This document shows, one piece after another, positions 1 to 8,773 of a stretch of 41,751 nucleotides of DNA. The notes under the pieces were generated by a model that was not told where the DNA came from, made no database searches, and saw only the letters and a program-made list of their open reading frames with translations. The translations under genes and the position numbers were made by a program. Every line of letters starts with the position of its first letter. The first letter of the stretch is position 1. The DNA is from a virus (lineage: Duplodnaviria > Caudoviricetes), in IMG/VR virus record IMGVR_UViG_3300008110_000287, positions 1 through 41,751 of that record. One strand, written 5' to 3'.

Positions 1-3000
1 AGAAAAATTAGATGCCGTAATAATGCCCGTAGTATTAACACTTGCAGTTGTGGTAAGACCGGGAGCATATAATAAGGTAACTGTTGCAATTCCTCCGGAG
101 ATTTCAAGGTCAAAATTATTATCAAAATTAATAGTTCCGGCAGTTCCTACAGGACTACTATCATTTTGAAGTGATATTCCACCACTACCGGCAGCAACAA
201 TGCCACTTAATCCAGAACCATCACCAACAAACTTTGTTGCCGTCACAATACCACTAGTGTTAATATCTGCAGTAGTTGAAATTCCTAGTGTTAGAGTAGA
301 AATACCAGAAACATTGGCATAAGTTGCTATACCAGAAGTATTAGCATAAGTTGCTATACCAGAAGTATTAGCATAAGTTGCTATACCAGAAACAGTTGCT
401 ATACCAGAAACATTAGCATAAGTTGCTATACCAGAAACATTAGCATAAGTTGCTATACCTGCTCTGGTAGAATAAGTTGCTATACCTGATATAGATGCAT
501 ATCCAGATGTTACTGAGGTTGTTGCAGTTCCTGATAGATTTCCAGCAAAATTAGATGCTGTAACTATACCAGAAACTAATGCATTACCTCTAACATCTAG
601 ATTTGTCCCTGGTAATGTAGTTCCAATACCAAAATTACCGTTCAAGTAATTGTTAGAGGTGTCTAAGTCATTTAATCGAAGTCTTCTGGAAAGAATTGAT
701 GCTCTTTCTGGGAATTCTTCTGTAGGGGGAGTAAAATTGCTAGTATATCTACCTACACCTTTTGTTACGCGAAACTCATCCAAATACCCCCTTAATTCTG
801 CAGCATTATTAAACCCTCTTCCTATTATTGGTCTATTCGTTGAAGAACCTGTGAATGAAGTACTATTTGAAGCAGATGCTTGTTCTACACCATTTAAGAA
901 TAAACGTAAAGTTCCTGAATTACGACTTACTGCAACGTGATACCAAAGACCAGTGCTTACAGAAGCTTGAAGTAAAAATGAAAAACTATAGAAAAGAAAG
1001 ATTTTTCCTGCACTTGGTTCGTTTAGTCCAATTGCAAAATGATTAGAACCTCGCGCATCATAGATTATTTGGGTTCCTCCAGAACTATCAGACCAATAAA
1101 ACCAAAATTCTACAGTAAAATCTCCAGGAAAATCAAAATCAGTTCCAGAATTAGAAACTTCAGTATATGATCCAGAAGTGCCTGGAAAATAGATAGATGA
1201 TCCACCAAATTTACTTTGGGTATTACTAAGTGCAACGCTACCGAATCGATTTATTGTTTTTGGATTAGGTCTAGAATCAAGTATTGAAGTACTACTATTG
1301 CTACCATCCCCGTGCAGCAACAAAGATACATTATTATAATAAATGTCTGACGGAAATGTTAGATTATATCTTGATGATGCTGACCCAACAAAACCATATG
1401 CAGTTATAATACCACTGGTGTTAATATCTGCAGTAGTTGAAATTCCTAGTGTTAGAGTAGAAATACCAGAAACATTAGCATAAGTTGCTATACCTGAAGT
1501 ATTTGCATAACCTGCACCAGCAATAAAGGATGATACGTCAATACCGGCAGCATATAGTTTAGTAGCACTTACAATTCCAGCATTACCATCAATAGTAACA
1601 GACGATGATACTCCGACTGTTAAGATACCAGAAATTCTTGCGTTCCCGACAACATCTAATTTACTTTTGGGACTTGTAGTTCCTATGCCAGTATTATCGG
1701 CAACCGCATCTACAAAGATGTTGTTCTTAGAAGTTAGATTTGCGGATTGACGACTTTTGCCTATGAATAGAATCTGACTCGAAACAATTTCAAGTAAGTC
1801 ATCTGCCGATGCAGTTTCACTTAAAGTAATTGATGTTCCGTTAGATGCTACGTATTCAGATTCATTAAGACGAATACCATTTAGGAATACATCAATACTT
1901 CCAACAACATATTCACTTAAGAATATTGATTGCCCCTCAGTTGCAATAAATGATGTTGCATTTCTAGAAATTCCTGTGGGTATTGATGATGGAGTTGTAA
2001 CTGTAACAATACCTGCCGAAGCAGGACTTACATTTAGATATCTTCCAAAGTTGATTGTAACTGCAACACCAACATTAATATCATCCTTTCTAATACTAAT
2101 ACCAGTCGATGATGATGGAATAACTCCGGTAAGTAATGAACCATCACCAACGAACTTAAATGCCGTTACAATTCCAGTAGATACAAGTTCTGTTACTGTA
2201 ACATCTCCAAGGGTTGATATTCCAGTTACGTGTAAAGTAGTAACATCTGCAATACCACCGATTACACTTGTCGATATTCCAGAGGTATTTGAATATGTGG
2301 AGAATCCTGAATTATTTGCATAAGTGGCAATACCAGCAGTTTGAGCATAAGTTGCTATACCAGCAGTCTGGGCATAGGTTGCTATACCTGCTACCTGAGC
2401 ATAAGTGGCAATACCCGTTACTTCAGAATAAGTGGCAATACCAGCAAGTGGTGCATAAGTGGCAATGCCAGATGTTATAGAATAAGTTGATATACCTGCT
2501 ACCTGAGCATATGTTGCTATACCTGCTACCTGAGCATAAGTGGCAATACCTGCTACCTGAGCATAAGTTGCTATGCCAGCAGTTTGTGCATAAGTGGCAA
2601 TACCGGCAAATGAGGCATATGTAGCAATTCCAGCTGCTGCAGAATAAGTTGCAATACCGGCAGAGATACCACTTAATTGACTTCCATCACCAATAAATCT
2701 AGTTGCAGTTACTACACCAGTAAAGTACCCATCACCAATTACATAAAGTCTTGAAGTTGGTAGTGTTGTTCCGATACCAACATTACCACCACTCTCACCA
2801 AGAGAAATTGTCCCATTTGAATTGGCTTCAATAATTGGAACGCCAACTATATTATTAATTCCAAAAATAGTTCCGGTTAAATTATTTGAAACTGAAAGTA
2901 ATTGACCAGATGAACCCTCAAAACTCAGTGCCCCACCATCTTGCTCGTATGCCTTAATTTTAATATGTTGAGTTGTCGATGTTCCACCAGAAACAACAAC

Positions 3001-3999
3001 CTCACCATTTACGTGCAAATCATAAAGTGGTCTAGTGGTTCCTATACCAACCTTAGATAGAGTATGAATTCCTACTGAGGTTGTAATCCACTGAGTCGAT
3101 ACGCCAATAACACCAGTAAGACCCGAACCAACACCAACAAAATTAGATGCCGTGATAATACCGGCAGAAATTTGAGATGCCGTTACAACTCCAAGTGTTG
3201 TAATTCCGGATACGTTTAATCTAGTAACAGATGCAATCCCACCGATTACATTTGTTGATATTCCTGATAGTTCAGAATAAGATGATATTCCAGAAGAATT
3301 TGAATAATTAGAAAAATCGGAGTATCCAGAAACAGTTGATACTCCAGAAACTTCGGCATAAGTTGCTATACCGGCAAGATTCGAATATGTGGAGAATCCA
3401 GAATTATTGGCATATGTCGCTACACCAGCATTATTTGCATATGTTGCAATACCTGATAGTGAAGAATATGTAGATATTCCAGAATACTCAGAGTAAGTTG
3501 CGACTCCAGCATTAACAGCATAAGTTGCAATCCCAGCAACTTCAGAGTATGTTGAAATTCCAGAAACTTCGGCATAAGTGGCAATACCAGAAGAAACAGA
3601 ATAAGAAGATATTCCAGAATACTCAGAGTAAGTTGCGACTCCTGCATTGACTGCATAGGTTGCAATACCTGCAATTTGTGAGTATGTGGCAATCCCTGCT
3701 ACCGGTGCATAAACTGTGGTAATTGTAAGAATGCCAGCAGAAACTGGACTTACATCTATACCTTGCCCAAAGTTTAGTATTGACGTAACACCAACGTTGA
3801 TATTATTATTGGTGACAACAATACCTTGCCCTGTTGCAAGAATTCCGGTTAATTGACTACCATCACCAACAAAGTTCGATGCTGTTATAATTCCGGTGAA
3901 ATATGAATTTCCAACGACAGAAAAACTGGTAAGCAACTCTGTGCTAGATTCAATACCAACTCTTAAATATGGTTCTCTGCCGCTTAGAAACTTTGCCAT
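1..3999 (-). CDS. Giant modular tail fibre/virion protein (>1333 aa, runs off the left edge) with GIATYA nonapeptide repeats and a LamG/concanavalin-like domain
   Basis: Absent from the ORF track because it has no stop in the window. ATG at 3999 (MAKFLSGREPYLRVG...), frame open to base 1. Contains VGIGTTxP, FVGDGSxLTG and WITTSVGIHT fibre modules, plus LamG motifs (VSLLLHGDG, DFTVEFWFY, WYHVAVSR, LRLFLNG, GYLDEFRVTKG) at ~700-1340. Confidence 0.85.
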   Translation of the reverse strand, partial: MAKFLSGREPYLRVGIESSTELLTSFSVVGNSYFTGIITASNFVGDGSQLTGILATGQGIVVTNNNINVGVTSILNFGQGIDVSPVSAGILTITTVYAPVAGIATYSQIAGIATYAVNAGVATYSEYSGISSYSVSSGIATYAEVSGISTYSEVAGIATYAVNAGVATYSEYSGISTYSSLSGIATYANNAGVATYANNSGFSTYSNLAGIATYAEVSGVSTVSGYSDFSNYSNSSGISSYSELSGISTNVIGGIASVTRLNVSGITTLGVVTASQISAGIITASNFVGVGSGLTGVIGVSTQWITTSVGIHTLSKVGIGTTRPLYDLHVNGEVVVSGGTSTTQHIKIKAYEQDGGALSFEGSSGQLLSVSNNLTGTIFGINNIVGVPIIEANSNGTISLGESGGNVGIGTTLPTSRLYVIGDGYFTGVVTATRFIGDGSQLSGISAGIATYSAAAGIATYASFAGIATYAQTAGIATYAQVAGIATYAQVAGIATYAQVAGISTYSITSGIATYAPLAGIATYSEVTGIATYAQVAGIATYAQTAGIATYAQTAGIATYANNSGFSTYSNTSGISTSVIGGIADVTTLHVTGISTLGDVTVTELVSTGIVTAFKFVGDGSLLTGVIPSSSTGISIRKDDINVGVAVTINFGRYLNVSPASAGIVTVTTPSSIPTGISRNATSFIATEGQSIFLSEYVVGSIDVFLNGIRLNESEYVASNGTSITLSETASADDLLEIVSSQILFIGKSRQSANLTSKNNIFVDAVADNTGIGTTSPKSKLDVVGNARISGILTVGVSSSVTIDGNAGIVSATKLYAAGIDVSSFIAGAGYANTSGIATYANVSGISTLTLGISTTADINTSGIITAYGFVGSASSRYNLTFPSDIYYNNVSLLLHGDGSNSSTSILDSRPNPKTINRFGSVALSNTQSKFGGSSIYFPGTSGSYTEVSNSGTDFDFPGDFTVEFWFYWSDSSGGTQIIYDARGSNHFAIGLNEPSAGKIFLFYSFSFLLQASVSTGLWYHVAVSRNSGTLRLFLNGVEQASASNSTSFTGSSTNRPIIGRGFNNAAELRGYLDEFRVTKGVGRYTSNFTPPTEEFPERASILSRRLRLNDLDTSNNYLNGNFGIGTTLPGTNLDVRGNALVSGIVTASNFAGNLSGTATTSVTSGYASISGIATYSTRAGIATYANVSGIATYANVSGIATVSGIATYANTSGIATYANTSGIATYANVSGISTLTLGISTTADINTSGIVTATKFVGDGSGLSGIVAAGSGGISLQNDSSPVGTAGTINFDNNFDLEISGGIATVTLLYAPGLTTTASVNTTGIITASNFS
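247..349. repeat. Direct repeat copy 1 (103 bp) flanking the LamG module
   Basis: Matches 1408..1510 with 4 mismatches by manual alignment; offset 1161 bp = 387 codons. Confidence 0.9.
303..490. repeat. 27-bp coding tandem repeat (SGIATYANx)
   Basis: Units such as gcataagttgctataccagaagtatta; one unit is shortened by 9 bp. Confidence 0.9.
1408..1510. repeat. Direct repeat copy 2 (103 bp) flanking the LamG module
   Basis: Matches 247..349. Confidence 0.9.
2315..2670. repeat. 27-bp coding tandem repeat (AGIATYAQV), about 13 units
   Basis: Recurrent gcataagt(t/g)gc(a/t)atacc at a 27-bp period. Confidence 0.9.
3345..3705. repeat. 27-bp coding tandem repeat with a 135-bp higher-order duplication
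   Basis: GIATYxxxS period; tattccagaatactcagagtaagttgcgactcc is identical at ~3475 and ~3610. Confidence 0.85.
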
Positions 4000-4000
4000 C

Positions 4001-4345
4001 TTAGTTGAGTGTCTCTAAAATACTTCCAATGAATTTAAGATTAGTTGTGGTACTAGTTCCGGAAAGCACAAGACCATCTCCCGGTTCTAAAACTAATTTT
4101 CCTGATAATAAATTCACAGTATCATTTGCCGGAATAGCAAAATTTTTCAATATTTCTGTAGTTACGGCAATACCAGCAATTCTTCTTTGATGTGAGAAAG
4201 AAATCTGGTGTGTTTGAGTATCAATATTCGCAACCTGTGCCAATAGAACAACTCCAGTATATCCAACAGGAGCCGTATAGATTCCTACTGGATTTGTTGT
4301 TGCTACTTTTGTAACTGTTTTGAATACGTTAAGTGCTAATGCCAT
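4001..4345 (-). CDS. Small beta-rich virion structural protein (114 aa)
   Basis: Tightly packed between two structural genes; GKLVLEPGD...SILET C-terminus of a type recurrent in T4-like cyanophage structural regions. Confidence 0.75.
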   Translation of the reverse strand: MALALNVFKTVTKVATTNPVGIYTAPVGYTGVVLLAQVANIDTQTHQISFSHQRRIAGIAVTTEILKNFAIPANDTVNLLSGKLVLEPGDGLVLSGTSTTTNLKFIGSILETLN

Positions 4346-4346
4346 A

Positions 4347-7300
4347 TTATCCTCCTAGTGCTAAAATGAATGGCGTCATTGTTGAAAACAAGCTCTTGGA
4401 GTAGAATGTTCCAGAAATTGTTCCTGTTTGTTGATTAATCACTACACCATCACCAATTCTAAAATTACCAGATTGGTCGGTGCTTGTGAATACCACCAGA
4501 CCACCATTCTTCATAACAGTTTCATTATCCTGAATTGCAACTCCACCAGTTGATGGTAGGGCTTTTGAAATCTCAGTTCCAGACCCAATGTATTCAAGAG
4601 AATGTCCTGATGCGAGTAATCTACTTTGTTTAACGAATGGAACTGCCGTGCCAACTCCAACAGAATAAGGAACATTATCGGAAACTGTGATTGTACAAAT
4701 ACCAGAAGAAATTGGGGTGCAAGAGTTAATAATATAATATGTTGGAGTCAGTTCCACAGAAACGACTGCCGTATTTATGCCAATATTAGGAGATGCTATC
4801 GTAATTCTTGGAGGAATTCTGTATCCTCTTCCATTTGAAATAATTTCGACGCTAGTTAGAGAACCATCTACAGCCTGAGCAACTGCAGAAGCAGGAATTC
4901 CCCAGTCAGTTTCGGGTTCTTCAATAATCAAATCAACATTATTCAAATATCCAGTTCCGCCTGCAGAAACAGTTATTTTCCCAATACTATAAAACAATTC
5001 ACCAAAATAAACTGCCTGTCCATCATATGGGCGAATTACACTCACATTCACATTACCACCACCAACATAGGTATGCGGCAAAGTAGATGCTCCTACACTT
5101 GCACTGAATGTTGTGCTTGCCAATGATACCGAAGGAAGACCGGTAAGAGTTCCCAACCCAACATAGGTTGTAAGAATTCCTACGAGGGTATCAATAGTAT
5201 TCTTGACGTTTGAACAAGAATTCTCATTCTGATTCGAACCTGTGAGAGGGTCTATTTGTAGTGTTAAGTCCTGGGCATTCAGTAGATTATTAATTGCTTT
5301 TTTCGAATAATCTCGAACTGCGTGGAAGGCAGTAATTGACTCGGTCACTTCACCAACTAAACCATTAGAAATTGGATTTCCATTAATATCAAAATATGAT
5401 TTGGTTGCGGCAATAATATTTTTATTTGTAAATCCTTCCAAATCATCTGCAATTGCATCAACTACATATCCAATATCTCGGCGGCATTTACTTTGACCTG
5501 TTATGAATATTCCTGGATTTATGTTAATTGAATTTAGTATTGTCAAACTACCAGAACTAATTGCCTGAGTGGTAATGCCAACTAGAGTATTAATCGCACT
5601 CTGAACATTTGCACAAGAAGCAGGATCTATATTACTTCCAGTAATTGGATCTGCCGTAAGAGTTAAATCCTTCCTATTCAATTGATTTGTGATTGCCTTT
5701 TTAGCATATTCTCGTGCAGAAGCAAATGCATAAACAGACTCTGATTCTTCACCCAAAAGAGCAGTTGTAGCAGATCCAACATTATCAAAATAAAACTTAG
5801 TAAATGCAATGGAATATGAATTTCCGCCAGTAAAGATATCAGTAGAAACGGCATCAACAAAATATCCCAAATCTCTTGCACATTTGTTTGTTGTTGAAAT
5901 ACCAAGATTTTCACTGAATGTTGATAAAGATCCTGTTGTTCCAAGACCAATTACTGTGGTCACAATACCAACAAGATTATCAATATTTGATTGAACATCG
6001 GCACAGGAATTTTCATTTCCAGATTGTAAAACAAGTAAGGAAGTTCCTATTCCGCCATAAGATGCTGGTCCAGAACTAATTCCAAGATTTTTGAAATTCA
6101 ATTGATTTGTAACAGCCTTTTTCATCAAATCTCTGGATGCATTAAAGGCAGTTACGGATTCTACAGTTTCTCCAACTAACCCATTAGAAATTGGATTTCC
6201 TGAGGCATCGAAGTACTGTAGGGTGAAATCTCTAGAATACTTATTACCACCAGTTCCAAAATTAACAGATGGAAGTGATATTAGGTTACCGGCACCAATT
6301 ACTGTAGTCACAATACCAACAAGATTATCAATATTTGATTGGACATCAGAGCAAGAATTTGGACTTGTATTAAATCCTGTTATTGGATCAGCAGTAATTG
6401 TTAAATCACTATATGCTGCACCAACAAGAGTATTTGTAATCGCATCTTTCATCAACTCTCTTGCTTCAACAAATGCATAATTTGATGCAACCTCTTCACC
6501 CTGAAGACCATTTGTGATCGGATTCCCGGCACCATCAAAATATTGTAATGTGAATTGACGAGAATAATTATTTCCTCCAGTTAAAACATCTGTTGAAATT
6601 GCATCTACAAAAAATCCCAAATCTCTTTTACATTTTGCCTCAGAGGTTGCAATTCCTGGATACACATTATATGCATTTGTCCAGGCAATACTAACGATTA
6701 CATCTTTATTTTTTTGGATTAATCTGTAAGAATCAAAATATATTGATCTTGGATTCGTTTGAAAATCTCCTGGAAAATAAAAGTCTGAGTGTGCAATTGC
6801 AACAGAACCCAAAGATTTATCAACAATTTCCTGTTTGTTGATTTGAATTAATCCTGAAGAATCATAATATCTCGACCTAGCATTAGTTTCTGGTTCATCA
6901 GGAAAATAAAAATCTGATGGAAATCCAACAGCAATTGATGCAAGTGATTTATCTACAATTTCTTGCTTGTTCTGTTGGATTAATCTATATGAATCATAGA
7001 ATCTAGAATATTGTGTTGTCTGAGGGTCGCCAGGAAAATAAAAATCAGGATGATTTAGAGCAATTGCCGCAAGTGATTTATCTTGTATTTCTGTTCTATT
7101 TGCACGAATTGAGTTTGCCGCATCGACATATCTACCAGGAGCAACAGTTCTTACCTCAAATTTATATCCATAATTTCCGGTTGGGTATGTTAATATTCCT
7201 GGTCCAGATGGGCAAGTGAATCCCAATCCAACAATAGAAACACCCATTCCCACATTAAAATTATGTGGTTGACTTGTTGTAATGGTTACAATTCCACTTG

Positions 7301-8354
7301 CATTATCGTAGAGTGCCGTAACAACTCCTAAAGATGGAGTATTTAAGTCAACAGTAAATACATCGGAATTTGGTTCTGCTTCTTCTAAGACTGATCCAGT
7401 AAATTTGAGAGGACTTACTCCATCAGCAATGAGAGCATAATCTCCAAAGGATGAGTTAGAGTTTGTTAAATCACAGGCTCCACCCGAACCACAATATACT
7501 GCAGTCTCATTGCATATGGTGAATAATGAAACTAACTGGGCATATCCTTCATTCGTAATTGAAACTCCAATACCACCTTGATTGTATTGAGTATAGGAGT
7601 CCAAGACCATACTCTTAGTTGGTCCGATTGAAAGTTTTCCATCGACTTTCAATCCAATACTATCTGGTATAAAGTTGGTGCAGTTTTGAATGTATGGTGA
7701 CTGGGCATTATATCTTGCTGCCGCAGGGTCAAAGGAAAAGATTGCTCCTGGATTTGGTGCCCCAATAAAAGACATCTCTGCAATATAATTTCCTTCACCC
7801 ACATAAAACAAATCTCCCTGATTCTGAGGAGTGACTGTAACTTCACGAAGACTATCTCCAACTACACTGACTTGATTCGGCAGGGTAATTGGATTATCTT
7901 CTACATAAGTTCCAGCACTAACCTTAATAACAGTTCCCTCTGCTGAAGCTGCAACTGCTCCTTTGATAGTTGCCTTTGCTTCTCCAAGGGTTCTTCCGTC
8001 GTTTGAGTCGTTTCCGTTTTTTGTGACATATAAAAGATTGGTGAGTGATGGGAAACCATTAATTGATACTGTAGATATCCCACTAGATACTGGAGATACA
8101 TCTACACCAACACCAGTAAAATTTACGGTTTTGGCAAATCCTACGATATTACCGTCTTCTCTGAGTGAAACTCCAGAGATTTTTTGAATTGTTTCAGTAG
8201 TTACATTATCAAGAGAAAGAATATTTTGCAGCTCTTTTCCAGAACTTACAACTTGCGAATTACCGATGCTTACGGAAGTTGCAGTTACAATACCAGCATT
8301 AACAATATTCCTACTATCATCTATGATAGTAGAACCTATGATTTTAATTGCCAT
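4347..8354 (-). CDS. Large virion protein: pectin-lyase-like beta-helix interrupted by four phycobiliprotein-like helical repeats
   Basis: LYVTKNGNDSNDG...ATIKGA...VIKVSAGTYVE...VVGDSLR beta-helix cap; SPYIQNCT; C-terminal SGHSLEYIGSG...TSTDQSGNFRIG. Insert carries KCKRDLG, KCARDLG and KCRRDIG. Late-promoter motif upstream. Confidence 0.85.
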   Translation of the reverse strand: MAIKIIGSTIIDDSRNIVNAGIVTATSVSIGNSQVVSSGKELQNILSLDNVTTETIQKISGVSLREDGNIVGFAKTVNFTGVGVDVSPVSSGISTVSINGFPSLTNLLYVTKNGNDSNDGRTLGEAKATIKGAVAASAEGTVIKVSAGTYVEDNPITLPNQVSVVGDSLREVTVTPQNQGDLFYVGEGNYIAEMSFIGAPNPGAIFSFDPAAARYNAQSPYIQNCTNFIPDSIGLKVDGKLSIGPTKSMVLDSYTQYNQGGIGVSITNEGYAQLVSLFTICNETAVYCGSGGACDLTNSNSSFGDYALIADGVSPLKFTGSVLEEAEPNSDVFTVDLNTPSLGVVTALYDNASGIVTITTSQPHNFNVGMGVSIVGLGFTCPSGPGILTYPTGNYGYKFEVRTVAPGRYVDAANSIRANRTEIQDKSLAAIALNHPDFYFPGDPQTTQYSRFYDSYRLIQQNKQEIVDKSLASIAVGFPSDFYFPDEPETNARSRYYDSSGLIQINKQEIVDKSLGSVAIAHSDFYFPGDFQTNPRSIYFDSYRLIQKNKDVIVSIAWTNAYNVYPGIATSEAKCKRDLGFFVDAISTDVLTGGNNYSRQFTLQYFDGAGNPITNGLQGEEVASNYAFVEARELMKDAITNTLVGAAYSDLTITADPITGFNTSPNSCSDVQSNIDNLVGIVTTVIGAGNLISLPSVNFGTGGNKYSRDFTLQYFDASGNPISNGLVGETVESVTAFNASRDLMKKAVTNQLNFKNLGISSGPASYGGIGTSLLVLQSGNENSCADVQSNIDNLVGIVTTVIGLGTTGSLSTFSENLGISTTNKCARDLGYFVDAVSTDIFTGGNSYSIAFTKFYFDNVGSATTALLGEESESVYAFASAREYAKKAITNQLNRKDLTLTADPITGSNIDPASCANVQSAINTLVGITTQAISSGSLTILNSININPGIFITGQSKCRRDIGYVVDAIADDLEGFTNKNIIAATKSYFDINGNPISNGLVGEVTESITAFHAVRDYSKKAINNLLNAQDLTLQIDPLTGSNQNENSCSNVKNTIDTLVGILTTYVGLGTLTGLPSVSLASTTFSASVGASTLPHTYVGGGNVNVSVIRPYDGQAVYFGELFYSIGKITVSAGGTGYLNNVDLIIEEPETDWGIPASAVAQAVDGSLTSVEIISNGRGYRIPPRITIASPNIGINTAVVSVELTPTYYIINSCTPISSGICTITVSDNVPYSVGVGTAVPFVKQSRLLASGHSLEYIGSGTEISKALPSTGGVAIQDNETVMKNGGLVVFTSTDQSGNFRIGDGVVINQQTGTISGTFYSKSLFSTMTPFILALGG

Positions 8355-8382
8355 TTACCGTCTTCGTGTTTCCACTGGGTAA
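8355..8382 (-). promoter_or_regulatory. Leader hairpin abutting the start codon
   Basis: Minus strand TTACC-CA-GTG-GAAA-CAC-GAAGAC-GGTAA-ATG: 5-bp outer stem and GNRA-capped inner stem. Confidence 0.4.
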
Positions 8383-8389
8383 TTTGAAC

Positions 8390-8396
8390 TATTTAG
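8390..8396 (-). promoter_or_regulatory. T4-like late promoter (CTAAATA)
   Basis: Resembles T4 gp55 late consensus TATAAATA; ~36 nt upstream of ATG 8354. Confidence 0.65.
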
Positions 8397-8401
8397 TAGA
8401 T

Positions 8402-8773
8402 TCATAACAACCTCTTTTTCAATATGTCAATTTCTTTTTGTTGTTCCTTAACACATTCAATTAGTAATCCTATCAATCCATTATAATTCACAGTCTTAGT
8501 ATCATCACCGTGGACCAATTCAGGAAGAACTTTCTCAATTTCTTGTGCAATAACACCAGCAGATGCCCTATTTCCGTCCTTCCAATCAAAGGTAACGCCA
8601 CGAATTTGCATTACCGTTGAAATTGGGTCCGGAATGTTTTTAATATTAGTCTTTAGTTTTTGGTCAGATAAAGAATCATAGTCGGTTGAAGTTATAACAC
8701 CCGTTACATAGATATCACCAAGAACAGTAAGTTTCGATGTTGGATTTGTGGTTCCGACACCAACATTTCTGAG
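8402..8773 (-). pseudogene. Out-of-frame C-terminal segment of the giant fibre containing an intramolecular chaperone (peptidase S74) domain
   Basis: Frame reads LRNVGVGTTNPTSKL...SLSDQKLKTNI...GVTFDWK...GVIAQEIEKVLPELV...VNYNGLIGLLIECVKE. An in-frame TAA lies just upstream, so the full segment has no start of its own. Confidence 0.85.

Noticed and set aside
247-1510. Repeat pair as a DGR template/variable repeat
   Set aside because: No reverse transcriptase in the window; both copies are internal coding sequence and differ at only 4 synonymous sites.
303-3705. 27-bp periodic repeats resembling a CRISPR array
   Set aside because: No spacers, degenerate at third codon positions, in frame within a fibre gene, and no cas operon.
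8402-8611. Stand-alone 69-aa gene
   Set aside because: It starts mid-S74 domain, after the SDxxLK cleavage motif, so it belongs to the fibre C-terminus.
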